Assembly (NCBI GenBank): GCA_944381185.1
Contig: CALWKE010000002.1
Span: forward strand, 217,731-281,730
DNA length: 64,000 bases
Origin: an uncultured Clostridia bacterium
Lineage (GTDB): Bacteria > Bacillota > Clostridia > Christensenellales > UBA1242
Direction of reading: 5' to 3'
Positions 1 to 8,748 of the stretch are shown here, in pieces (positions within the stretch are counted from its first letter, which is position 1; the number at the start of each line of letters is the position of its first letter). The notes beneath the pieces were generated by a model that saw only the letters and a program-made list of their open reading frames with translations, searched no databases and was not told where the DNA came from. The position numbers were made by a program, and so were the translations under genes.

Positions 1-1612
1 TATGTTCATTAAAAGGCATAATTGATTGATTTAAATCGCCAAGAAGAGTCAAATTTGAATTTCTAAAGAGCATTGATAAAATTTTATATTGTGTTATTGA
101 GTAGTCTTGTGCCTCATCTACTAAAACATATTTAATTTTTTTGTTTGCAGTGATTCCAATAATTTTAGATTTAAAGAACATAAAAGGTGTTACGTCTTGA
201 AATTCAATGTTATCATCTGAAAGATTTTTTGCTGTTTCGTCAAAAATAAAATCTAAATTAAAATTAAGAATATCTTCCCTATTAAGTTTTTTTGCAACAT
301 CTTTTACAAGATTGATAAATTCTTCTTTATTTGAATAAAGTTTTTTGAAAAGTGCTGCGATTTTAATTTTGATTTTAACAAGATTTTCAAGAGTTTCTTT
401 TTTAAGTTTTTCAAGAGTAAGTTGTTTTTTTGATTTCATGCTAGCAACAACAAAAATTCGTTCAATAATTTTTTTGCCACGAAGATAAAGGCTTTCACCC
501 TCGTCAGGAATTTTATTTGCAATTTGTTTAATTTCGTCTAGTGAAAGAACAGTTTGTTCTTGAATTTCAATTGGTTCAAGACCCATAAGTTCAATTTCAT
601 TTTGTTTGATAAAGGTTTCTAAAATTTCAGTGTAAAAGTCATCACTTTTAAATTTGACTTCATTGAATTTGTTTAGTGAAAACTCATCTTTTTTTCCGTA
701 AACAATTTCATAAACATCTTCGATTTTTGTTGAGATGTGAAATTCAGTTATATAACTTTTTGCAAATTCATAAAATGTTGCTTGAACAACATTATCTTCG
801 CCAATTTCAGGCAAAACATCAGAAATATAGTTATTAAAAATTTCGTTTGGAGAGAGTATCATAACATTTGTGTTGTTAATTTTATCACGCTCGGCATAAA
901 GCAAGTATGCGATTTTATGCATTGCAATACTGGTTTTTCCACTTCCTGCAGGGCCCTGAACAACCAAAATATCAACATCATTTTTTCGAATAATTTCGTT
1001 TTGTTCTTTTTGAATGGTGTTGACAATATTTTTCATTTTATTTGATGCGTTGGCAGATAAAATATTTTTTAAAATATTATCAATAATTTGAATGTCGGTA
1101 TCAAAAACCTCTTTAATTTCGTCACCTGAAATTTTATATTGCCTTTTAAGAGTAATTTTTCCTGTAATTTTTTCACCAGTTGAAATGGTATAAGATGCAT
1201 CACCAACTTCGCAGTTGTAAAACATACTTGAAATTGGTGCACGCCAGTCATAAACATAAAAATCATCTCCACTTTGAAGTGAAGCTATTCCAATGTAAAC
1301 AGGAATTGTTTCCGTTCCATCATCAAAATCAATTCTGGCAAAATATGCGTTATTTAACATTTTTTTATAACTAGTTAATTTTTTATTTGCATTTTCAGCG
1401 TAAACACTTCTTTTTTGAATGTTGGCAACGGCATAAACGAATTCAGTATCTGAAAGTCTGTTTGTTTTATCCCATGCATAATTCATTTGCTCTTGAATAT
1501 TGTTTGAAAGTGATTTAACCCGAGAACTATATTGTTCTATTTGTTCATTTAAAATATTAATAACTTTTTTTAAATATTTTTTTTCAAGTTCAATTTCTTC
1601 TGGTGTAATCAT
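1..1612 (-). CDS. helD: UvrD/Rep superfamily-1 helicase, HelD/helicase-IV-like. N-terminal part only; the 3' end lies beyond the left window edge.
   Basis: Absent from the ORF track because it runs off the window edge. My translation of the minus strand starts at ATG 1612..1610, with AGGAGA 4 nt upstream, and stays open to nt 1. It contains Walker A VVQGPAGSGKT (about nt 931-963), LVDEAQD (about nt 100-120) and an N-terminal YFARIDF-type motif typical of HelD. Confidence 0.75.
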   Translation of the reverse strand, partial: MITPEEIELEKKYLKKVINILNEQIEQYSSRVKSLSNNIQEQMNYAWDKTNRLSDTEFVYAVANIQKRSVYAENANKKLTSYKKMLNNAYFARIDFDDGTETIPVYIGIASLQSGDDFYVYDWRAPISSMFYNCEVGDASYTISTGEKITGKITLKRQYKISGDEIKEVFDTDIQIIDNILKNILSANASNKMKNIVNTIQKEQNEIIRKNDVDILVVQGPAGSGKTSIAMHKIAYLLYAERDKINNTNVMILSPNEIFNNYISDVLPEIGEDNVVQATFYEFAKSYITEFHISTKIEDVYEIVYGKKDEFSLNKFNEVKFKSDDFYTEILETFIKQNEIELMGLEPIEIQEQTVLSLDEIKQIANKIPDEGESLYLRGKKIIERIFVVASMKSKKQLTLEKLKKETLENLVKIKIKIAALFKKLYSNKEEFINLVKDVAKKLNREDILNFNLDFIFDETAKNLSDDNIEFQDVTPFMFFKSKIIGITANKKIKYVLVDEAQDYSITQYKILSMLFRNSNLTLLGDLNQSIMPFNEH

Positions 1613-1628
1613 AGGTTCTCCTACTCTT

Positions 1629-2924
1629 TTATGGTTTATTTATATTATTTTGTTTGGTTTGAGGAAGTTTTATTGATGCTTCACTTCCATTTTTACTTGG
1701 AATGTAATACACATGGTCTTTTATTTCGTCAGGCAAATATTGTTGGTCAACATAACCGCCATAGTCATGAGGATATTTATATTGTTCTCGTTTTTCATGC
1801 ATGTAATTATAATTTTTTAGATGAGCAGGAACATCACCAGTATAAGTTGCTTCAACATCAATTTTTGCCTTATTCATTGCAACAACGACAGAGTTTGATT
1901 TTGGACTCATACAAACATAAATTATTGCGTGTGTTAGCGGAATAAGACCTTCTGGTGCACCCATTTGAAGATAGGCCTGCAAGGCAGAATTAGCAACAAC
2001 AAGTGCATTAGAATTAGCCAAGCCAACATCTTCACTTGAGTGTGCAAGAAGTCTTCTAAAAATAAGAAGTGGGTCACAACCTGAAGCAATAAGTCTTTGA
2101 GACCAATAAACAGCGGCGTCTGCGTCACTGCCCCGCAAACTTTTGCAAAATGCTGAAAGCATATCAAAATAAAGGTCTTCGTCGATGCTTTTGTTTCCGT
2201 GTGTGCAAACTTCTTTTGCGTCTTTAATTGTAATTTTTATTTTTCCATTTTGCTTTTCAGATGAAAGCACAGCGATTTCAAGATTGTTAAGAGCAATTCT
2301 TGCGTCACCGCCAGATGATGTAATAATATAATCTTTTGCATCATCATCAATATCTATTTCAAGATTGCCAAAACCATTAATTTTATCTTCAAGGGCTCTG
2401 TTAATTGCCTTCTTTATATCATTTTTAGAAAGGGGTTTAAATTCAAAAACTCTGCACCTTGATATTATTGCACGAGTCATTGAAATAAATGGATTTTCAG
2501 TAGTTGCTCCGATAAAAATAATATACCCTTTTTCAATGGCTTCAAGCATAGAATCTGATTGGGCTTTGCTCCACCTATGACATTCATCAAGAAGAAGATA
2601 TGTTTTTTTGCCATATAGTTCAAGATTTGATTTTGCTGTTTGAATAACTTGTTTAACTTCTGCAACTCCAGATGATACTGCATTTAAAATAACAAAATTA
2701 CTTCCAGTAGTTGTTGCAATAATTGAGGCCAGTGTTGTTTTGCCCGTTCCCGGTGGTCCAAAAAAAATAGAGCTTCCAAGTCTGTTTGATGCAATGGCAC
2801 GCCTTAAAAAAGAATTTTTACTAACCAAATGTTCTTGACCAAAAAAATCATCAAAAGATTTTGGTCGCATACGCTCGGCAAGTGGAGCAAGTTTTTTTGT
2901 GTTATCTGAAAATAAATTATCCAT
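1629..2924 (-). CDS. rarA: Replication-associated recombination protein A (RarA/MgsA AAA+ ATPase)
   Basis: 431 aa. N-terminus LAERMRPKSFDDFFGQEHL, Walker A GPPGTGKTT, Walker B LLLDECHRW, and a MgsA-type C-terminal helical domain. RBS AAGAGGG lies upstream of the ATG. Confidence 0.92.
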   Translation of the reverse strand: MDNLFSDNTKKLAPLAERMRPKSFDDFFGQEHLVSKNSFLRRAIASNRLGSSIFFGPPGTGKTTLASIIATTTGSNFVILNAVSSGVAEVKQVIQTAKSNLELYGKKTYLLLDECHRWSKAQSDSMLEAIEKGYIIFIGATTENPFISMTRAIISRCRVFEFKPLSKNDIKKAINRALEDKINGFGNLEIDIDDDAKDYIITSSGGDARIALNNLEIAVLSSEKQNGKIKITIKDAKEVCTHGNKSIDEDLYFDMLSAFCKSLRGSDADAAVYWSQRLIASGCDPLLIFRRLLAHSSEDVGLANSNALVVANSALQAYLQMGAPEGLIPLTHAIIYVCMSPKSNSVVVAMNKAKIDVEATYTGDVPAHLKNYNYMHEKREQYKYPHDYGGYVDQQYLPDEIKDHVYYIPSKNGSEASIKLPQTKQNNINKP

Positions 2925-2989
2925 ATTACCCTCTTAATACTATCAAAAAATTATAGCATAAAAAAGAATAATTTGTAAAGAAAAAGTTA

Positions 2990-3751
2990 CTATGAAAACA
3001 TAGTTACTAAATATGTGATTATTCTTCGTATTTTGTTTTCGGCTTCATAAAGTTCAAGAAAAAAATTATTAATAATATTTTTTTCATTAATATTTTTATT
3101 AAATAAAATTTTTGTTGAATTTGAATTAAAATTTTTAATTGAATAAATTTGTGCCGACCACAATATTTGTTTATTGAATTTTTTTATTTTTTTAACTGAT
3201 TTTGATTTTGTTATGATATATGAAATTTCGTTTAACTCTGAATTAATTTTGTATAATAACAAAATCAATTTTTGAGCAAGAAGTATTTTAAAAATTTTAT
3301 TTTCTTTTTGTCGAAGTGAAAAAACATTTATTAATTCTTTATAATTTTTAAATAAGTTATTTTGATTTGATATTAAAATATTAGTTGCAATTAAAGTTGA
3401 TATTTCATTTATCAGAATTTTGTTTTCTTTGGTTCTATATTTCTGCTTATTTGAATTTATTTTATAATCAATCAATTTGGAAATTGTTAGAATAAATTTT
3501 TTATTATTAAAAATAATTTTTTGGGTCTGAAGCTGTTTTAAATCACAATCATAAATTTCATTAACAAATTTAATTGTGTTGCTTCGTGGCAGTTTTTTAT
3601 ATGAAGTTTTAATTTTATTATGCAAAAAAATATTTTGTAAGTTATATAAATTAACGCAAAAAATATCATTTTTTGATGAAAAAATATATAAAATACAGTA
3701 AATTAACGCAAAAAATATCATTATAAAAAATATAATTAAAAATAAAAACAT
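2990..3751 (-). CDS. Hypothetical N-terminally membrane-anchored Lys/Asn-rich protein
   Basis: 253-aa ORF with a hydrophobic N-terminus (FLFLIIFFIMIFFALIYCILYIF). I recognise no family motif. Confidence 0.45.
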   Translation of the reverse strand: MFLFLIIFFIMIFFALIYCILYIFSSKNDIFCVNLYNLQNIFLHNKIKTSYKKLPRSNTIKFVNEIYDCDLKQLQTQKIIFNNKKFILTISKLIDYKINSNKQKYRTKENKILINEISTLIATNILISNQNNLFKNYKELINVFSLRQKENKIFKILLAQKLILLLYKINSELNEISYIITKSKSVKKIKKFNKQILWSAQIYSIKNFNSNSTKILFNKNINEKNIINNFFLELYEAENKIRRIITYLVTMFS

Positions 3752-3782
3752 ATCATAATTATTGACAATTAATTAATTTTTT

Positions 3783-3813
3783 AAAGAAAAAAACGCATAT
3801 TACTATGCGTTTT
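3783..3813 (-). terminator. Intrinsic terminator of rnpB
   Basis: Minus strand reads AAACGCATA-GTAAT-TATGCGTTT followed by TTTTCTTT, directly after the RNase P RNA P1 3' strand. Confidence 0.8.
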
Positions 3814-4130
3814 AGTTGACCTGTAAGCCGAGTTCTGTCATTTAAGGCAATCATCAATCTAGGCATATCATTGCTGATATGCTCATGCGATTACGGGAAC
3901 GGACGAGCAGCCCATAAGTTCCACATCTTGCACCTCACGGAGTTTACAGCGAATTATTGTCACCAATATTTCGAGTGAGCTCTTACCTCACTATTTCACC
4001 ATTGCCCGAAGGCTGTATATTTCTGTTGCACTTTTCCTCAAATCACTTTGGCTTGATGTTATCAAGCGTGATTGCTCTGTGGTGCTCGGACTTTCCTCAC
4101 CAAAATTTTGGCGTAATTGCCCAGTCAACT
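3814..4130 (-). ncRNA. rnpB: RNase P RNA (bacterial), about 317 nt
   Basis: The minus strand contains the universally conserved GAGGAAAGUCCGAGC (4100..4086), AGUGCAACAGAAA, GGUAAGAGCUCAC and ACAGAACUCGGCUUACAG (3838..3821). The P1 helix pairs AGUUGAC at the 5' end with GUCAACU at the 3' end. GC content is locally higher than in the flanks. Confidence 0.92.
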
Positions 4131-4136
4131 GAAAAT

Positions 4137-4165
4137 ATTATATATTAAATTTTAAATTTTGTCAA
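4137..4165 (-). promoter_or_regulatory. Sigma-A type promoter of rnpB
   Basis: Minus strand has TTGACA (4165..4160), a 17-nt spacer and TATAAT (4142..4137). The RNA 5' end predicted from P1 (4130) is 7 nt downstream of the -10 box. Confidence 0.8.
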
Positions 4166-4199
4166 TAGAATAGTATTTAAAATGGTTATAATATCATAA

Positions 4200-4889
4200 T
4201 TATAATTTGCATTCATTTTTAATTATAGCAAGTGCTTTTTTTTCTAACCTTGAAATATATGATCTTGAAATATTCATTTCAGATGCAAGTTCAATTTGTG
4301 TTTTTGGAATTTCGCCACAAAGTCCGTATCGTTTAATAATAATTTCTTTTTCTCGCTTGTTCAATTTGCTTAATATAATTTTTTCAATTTTTTTATAGAG
4401 AATATTATTTTCAACTTGTGTGTCAATGCTTGTTTCATTATCATTTAAAACTTCATAGAGAGATAAATTATTACCATCTTTATCAACTGAAATCACATCA
4501 TCTAAATAAACTGAATTGACATTTTTTTTGTCAGACCTAAATGTCATTAAAATTTCATTTTCAATACACCTTGATGCATAGGTTGAAAAACTGTTACCTT
4601 TTTCATATGAAAAGGTTTTAATAGATTTCATAAGTCCAATAGAGCCAATTGAAATCAGGTCGTCTAAATCATTATTTTGATTTTTGTATTTTTTTGCAAT
4701 ATGTGCAACTAATCTTAAGTTATGTTTTATAAGCATTTCTTCGGCTTTTATATCTCCGTTTTGCATTTGTATAAAATATTTTTTTTCATCTTCATTTGAA
4801 AGTGGTTTTTCAAATGCATTTTTAGTTTCAAGTTTGCCTGTGAAAAATAATATTTTAGATATAAGTGAAAATAATCCAGAAAAAAACAT
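4200..4889 (-). CDS. sigK: Sporulation-type RNA polymerase sigma factor (SigK/SigE family) with an N-terminal pro-sequence; intact
   Basis: 229 aa. KNAFEKPLSNEDEKKYF..HNLRLVAHIAKKY..DLISIGSIGLMKSI..YASRCIENEILM..ISRSYISRLEKKAL aligns by eye along B. subtilis pro-sigma-K, including the hydrophobic pro-peptide. RBS AGGAGGA. Confidence 0.85.
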   Translation of the reverse strand: MFFSGLFSLISKILFFTGKLETKNAFEKPLSNEDEKKYFIQMQNGDIKAEEMLIKHNLRLVAHIAKKYKNQNNDLDDLISIGSIGLMKSIKTFSYEKGNSFSTYASRCIENEILMTFRSDKKNVNSVYLDDVISVDKDGNNLSLYEVLNDNETSIDTQVENNILYKKIEKIILSKLNKREKEIIIKRYGLCGEIPKTQIELASEMNISRSYISRLEKKALAIIKNECKL

Positions 4890-5009
4890 AAAGTCCTCCT
4901 AAATAACTTTATGTTCTTTTTTGTTAAATTATGTTAAAAATTAAAAATTTATGTTAAAATGCAAAACTTATAGCATATTTTATCAAAAAATACACATTTT
5001 TGCATTTTT

Positions 5010-6242
5010 TTACATTCGCAAAATGTCACCTACTTCAAATGGCAAATCTGTTTTTATCCAAATTTTTTGTTGAACAGCTTTTGCTTCTTGAATAGTATTA
5101 CCTTTTTCGTCTTCCATGTTATCAATTTTTAATGTTTTTCTAAAAAGATTATTTGGTGATAAAATTTCAAGTGTATCACCAATTTTAAATTTATTTCTCT
5201 GTTCAACTAAAATTTTTCCGTTTTCAGTTTTTTGCACGATTGCCATAAATTTGCTGTCTTGTTCTTGAATTGCAGATTCATAGTTTTGAGTTGCATTATT
5301 ATCGTTAAACATAAAACCAGAAGTATATTTTCTGTGACTTGCTTTATTGAGTTCATCTAATAAATCTTTTGGAACTTCATATTTTTTCTTCTCTTTTTCA
5401 CAAGAAAGCATGTAATCAATAGCTCGTCTGTAAGCATTAACAACTGTTGCAACGTAATATGGTGATTTCATTCTTCCTTCTATTTTAAAACTAAAAACTC
5501 CTGCTTCATATATTTTGTCTAAATATTCAATAAGACGCAAATCTTTACTATTAAAAATATATGTGCCACGTGTATCTTCAGTTAAATCTAATTTATCATC
5601 TGGTCGATTTTCTTCAATAACAGAATATTTCCACCTACATGCTTGAACACATTCTCCATGATTTGAATCTCTGCCTGTTAGATAGTTTGAAAGCAAGCAT
5701 CTTCCACTATAACTAATACACATTGCACCATGAACAAATGCTTCAATTTCAAGTTCAGGATTTTCTTTTGTGATATTTTTTATTTCTTCAATAGTCAATT
5801 CCCTTGCAAGAACAACTCGTTCAGCACCAAGTTTATGCCACATTTTGGCAGCTTCACTGTTTGTTGTGTTTGCTTGAGTTGAAATATGAATTGGCAAATT
5901 AGGAAAGTTTTGATGAACAAATGAAAATATTCCGAGGTCTGATATTAAAACAGCATCAACCTTGGCATCAACAAGACTTTTAACATAATCATAAAGTCCA
6001 TCGAAATCATTGTGTCTTGCATAGACATTAAGTGTCACATATCCTTTTTTGCCTGCAGAATGAATGATGTTCATTGCCTCTTTAATTGAAAATTCATCAA
6101 AGTTTGTTCCGTATGCTCGAAGTCCATAATTTTTTCCAGCAAAGTAAACAGCATCTGCACCAAAATGCAATGCTGTTTTTAATTTTTCCATATCGCCTGC
6201 TGGGGCTAATAATTCAATTTTATTTTGAGATTTTTTTTGCAT
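5010..6242 (-). CDS. Peptidase U32 family protein (TrhP/YrrN-YrrO-like, tRNA U34 hydroxylation family)
   Basis: ELLAPAGDMEKLKTALHFGADAVYFAG, a U32-type core and a Cys-rich segment CISYSGRCLLS..HGECVQACRW. The track start at 6266 is a TTG. ATG 6242 (MQKKSQNK) is the more plausible start. Confidence 0.85.
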   Translation of the reverse strand: MQKKSQNKIELLAPAGDMEKLKTALHFGADAVYFAGKNYGLRAYGTNFDEFSIKEAMNIIHSAGKKGYVTLNVYARHNDFDGLYDYVKSLVDAKVDAVLISDLGIFSFVHQNFPNLPIHISTQANTTNSEAAKMWHKLGAERVVLARELTIEEIKNITKENPELEIEAFVHGAMCISYSGRCLLSNYLTGRDSNHGECVQACRWKYSVIEENRPDDKLDLTEDTRGTYIFNSKDLRLIEYLDKIYEAGVFSFKIEGRMKSPYYVATVVNAYRRAIDYMLSCEKEKKKYEVPKDLLDELNKASHRKYTSGFMFNDNNATQNYESAIQEQDSKFMAIVQKTENGKILVEQRNKFKIGDTLEILSPNNLFRKTLKIDNMEDEKGNTIQEAKAVQQKIWIKTDLPFEVGDILRM

Positions 6243-6825
6243 ATAAAATACCATCTTCCGTATCAATTAATTTTATATCATAAAGTTCTTTATGATTTTT
6301 ACACATGTCTATAAAATCATTTAGTCTTTTTATTATAGTTTTAAATCGCTTGGTTGGTGCAATTTGTTCATTTGTTGTATATCCACGAAAAAGAACATTG
6401 TCAACAACCAATGTGCTATTTGGTTTTAGCAAATAAATTAGATTTTCAAGCAGCAATGAGTATTGAGCTTTTGGACCATCAAGAAAAATAAAGTCAAAGT
6501 AATCTTTATATTTATTATCTGCGACCATTTCGGCTATTTTTACATGGCAGTCACCAAACAAAATTTTAACACGCTTATTTACTTTAAATTTTTTAAAATT
6601 GCTTTTTGCAAGTTTAACATAGTTTTTGTTATGTTCAATAGTAACAAGTTTTGCTGATGAAGATTTAAGCATTATTATTCCACTATAACCAATGGCAGTC
6701 CCAATTTCTAAAATACATTTGGGATTATTTTTCTTGATTAAATTTTCTAGAATACTGTGGCTTTTTGTTCTAACAATTGGCACTGCATATTGTTTTGCCA
6801 AAGTTAAAATATCATCATAATTCAT
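6220..6825 (-). CDS. Class I SAM-dependent O-methyltransferase (YrrM/TrmR-like)
   Basis: 201 aa. ILEIGTAIGYSGI SAM-binding motif and FDFIFLDGPK. It sits immediately upstream of a U32 gene, as in the B. subtilis yrrM-yrrN-yrrO cluster. Confidence 0.8.
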   Translation of the reverse strand: MNYDDILTLAKQYAVPIVRTKSHSILENLIKKNNPKCILEIGTAIGYSGIIMLKSSSAKLVTIEHNKNYVKLAKSNFKKFKVNKRVKILFGDCHVKIAEMVADNKYKDYFDFIFLDGPKAQYSLLLENLIYLLKPNSTLVVDNVLFRGYTTNEQIAPTKRFKTIIKRLNDFIDMCKNHKELYDIKLIDTEDGILYAKKISK

Positions 6826-6828
6826 ACT

Positions 6829-8748
6829 TTACACTCTAAAAATAATTGGAAGAATCATAGGTGTTCTCATAGTTTTTTTATAGAAAAAGTTTCGTAGTGG
6901 TTTTCTAATTAAATTTCTAATTTCATTCCAATCATGATTTTCTCTTAAGTTAATTGATTCAATTGTGTCATGCAAAACTTGTTTTGCATCTTCATTAAGT
7001 TTGTTGGCTTCATCATTATAAACAAATCCACGAGTAATAAGATATGGTTCATTAACAAGTTCACCTGTTGCATCTGAAACACCAATAACAACGATAACAA
7101 GTCCGTCTTCAGATAAAAGTTTTCTGTCACGAAGAACAACACTTCCAACATCTCCAATACCAAGTCCGTCAACAAGTTGTTCACCTGCTTGAATATTGCC
7201 TTTAAGAACCATTGAATTTTTGGTTAATTCAATAACATTTCCAATTTCAGGAATAAAACAGTTTGTTTTTGGCATACCAATTTTTTCTGCCAAAAGCACA
7301 TGTTCTTTAAGGTGCCTGTATTCACCATGAACCGGAATAAAGAATTTAGGGTTTAAAAGATTATGAATAATTTTTAATTCTTCTTGACAAGCGTGTCCAG
7401 AAGTATGAACATTTTCAGTAACGACAATAGCACCTTTTTTATATAGATTATTAACGACATCATTTATCATTTTTTCATTGCCGGGAATTGGCGAACTTGA
7501 AAAGATAACAGTGTCGTTTTCACCTATCTCAACTTTGCTAAACTCGCCATTTGCAAGCCTTGAAAGTGCACTTGCTGGCTCGCCTTGACTTCCTGTTGAT
7601 AAAACAAGAACATTTTTGTCTTCAAGCGAAGAAATCTTTTCAATATCAATAAAAACATTTTTGTCAAATTTGAAAAGGCCAATTTTCATTCCAGCATCTA
7701 TGTTGTTAATCATACTTCTGCCAACAACTGCAACTCTTCTTTTATATTTAATTGCAAGGTCAACAATTTGTTCAACACGGTAAATATTACTTGAAAATGT
7801 TGCAACAAAAATTCTTCTGTCTGCATTATCAATGAAGATTCTTTCTAGGTTTTCACCCACCCTTTTTTCAGAAAGTGTATACCCCGGTCTTTCAACATTT
7901 GTGCTTTCGCCAAGCATGAGTGTAACACCTTTTCTTCCAATTTCGGCGATTCTTGCAAGGTCAATAACTTCACCATCAATAGGTTCAAAATCGATTTTAA
8001 AGTCACCTGTATGGAAAATTACACCAGCAGGAGTATTTATTGACAAGGCAAATGCTCCTGGAATTGAGTGATTGACTTTGATAAATTCAACAGTAAAACA
8101 CCCAATTTTCATAACATATCCAGAATTTACACAAATGCCCTTAACGCCTGTTATTTTATGTTCACGAAGTTTATTATCAAGAAGAGTCAAGGTCATTTTG
8201 CTTCCGTAAATTGGGGCTTTTACATCTTTAAGCAAATATGGCAAACTTCCAATATGGTCTTCATGACCATGTGTAATAACAATACCTTTAAGCTTATCAT
8301 AATTTTCTTTAACATAAGAAAAGTCTGGAATAACAAGGTCGACACCGGGCATATCTTCGCCCGGAAATGCAAGACCGCAGTCTATTACAATCATGTCGTT
8401 TCCATATTCAATAGCAGTCATATTTTTGCCAATTTCACCAATACCACCCAAAAATATAACTTTTACTTTATTAGATTTTGAATTTGAGCGATAAGTTATT
8501 CCAGCATTTTTTGTAAAAATTTCTTCTTGTTCAAGTGTGTCTAAATTTAAATTAGGATTAATATTATTTAAGTTTTGTAAAACATTTTGTTTAACTGAAT
8601 TTGAAATTTTTGTTTTAGATTTTTTTATACCAACATTATAACTGCCTGAATTTTGTTCACTTTCTGTGAAAGTTCTTTTTTTCATTGCAGGTTTTTTGTC
8701 TTGATTATTATTAAAATTAGAATTATCTACAATATTATTTTCTTCCAT
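6829..8748 (-). CDS. rnj: Ribonuclease J (metallo-beta-lactamase/beta-CASP) with an N-terminal extension of about 94 aa
   Basis: VIFLGGIGEIGKNMTAIEY, HGHEDHIG, and beta-CASP and C-terminal domains colinear with RNase J1/J2. Confidence 0.93.
   Translation of the reverse strand: MEENNIVDNSNFNNNQDKKPAMKKRTFTESEQNSGSYNVGIKKSKTKISNSVKQNVLQNLNNINPNLNLDTLEQEEIFTKNAGITYRSNSKSNKVKVIFLGGIGEIGKNMTAIEYGNDMIVIDCGLAFPGEDMPGVDLVIPDFSYVKENYDKLKGIVITHGHEDHIGSLPYLLKDVKAPIYGSKMTLTLLDNKLREHKITGVKGICVNSGYVMKIGCFTVEFIKVNHSIPGAFALSINTPAGVIFHTGDFKIDFEPIDGEVIDLARIAEIGRKGVTLMLGESTNVERPGYTLSEKRVGENLERIFIDNADRRIFVATFSSNIYRVEQIVDLAIKYKRRVAVVGRSMINNIDAGMKIGLFKFDKNVFIDIEKISSLEDKNVLVLSTGSQGEPASALSRLANGEFSKVEIGENDTVIFSSSPIPGNEKMINDVVNNLYKKGAIVVTENVHTSGHACQEELKIIHNLLNPKFFIPVHGEYRHLKEHVLLAEKIGMPKTNCFIPEIGNVIELTKNSMVLKGNIQAGEQLVDGLGIGDVGSVVLRDRKLLSEDGLVIVVIGVSDATGELVNEPYLITRGFVYNDEANKLNEDAKQVLHDTIESINLRENHDWNEIRNLIRKPLRNFFYKKTMRTPMILPIIFRV

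Noticed and set aside
737-1374. Track ORFs 737-1045 (+), 1069-1272 (-) and 1180-1374 (+)
   Set aside because: - They lie inside or antisense to the long minus-strand HelD-like frame, which carries clear helicase motifs.
- They have no RBS, and their composition is that of out-of-frame AT-rich sequence.
3957-4148. 63-aa ORF on the plus strand
   Set aside because: It lies entirely antisense to the RNase P RNA gene. The locally higher GC content of the structured RNA creates the open frame.
4200-4889. skin-like interruption or pseudogenisation of the sigK-like gene
   Set aside because: The ORF is continuous from the pro-sequence through region 4.2, so there is no evidence of an intervening element in this window.
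4940-5009. Possible terminator ATGCAAAA...TTTTGCAT downstream of the U32 gene
   Set aside because: The arms are separated by about 30 nt of unpaired AT-rich loop, so it is not a convincing intrinsic terminator.
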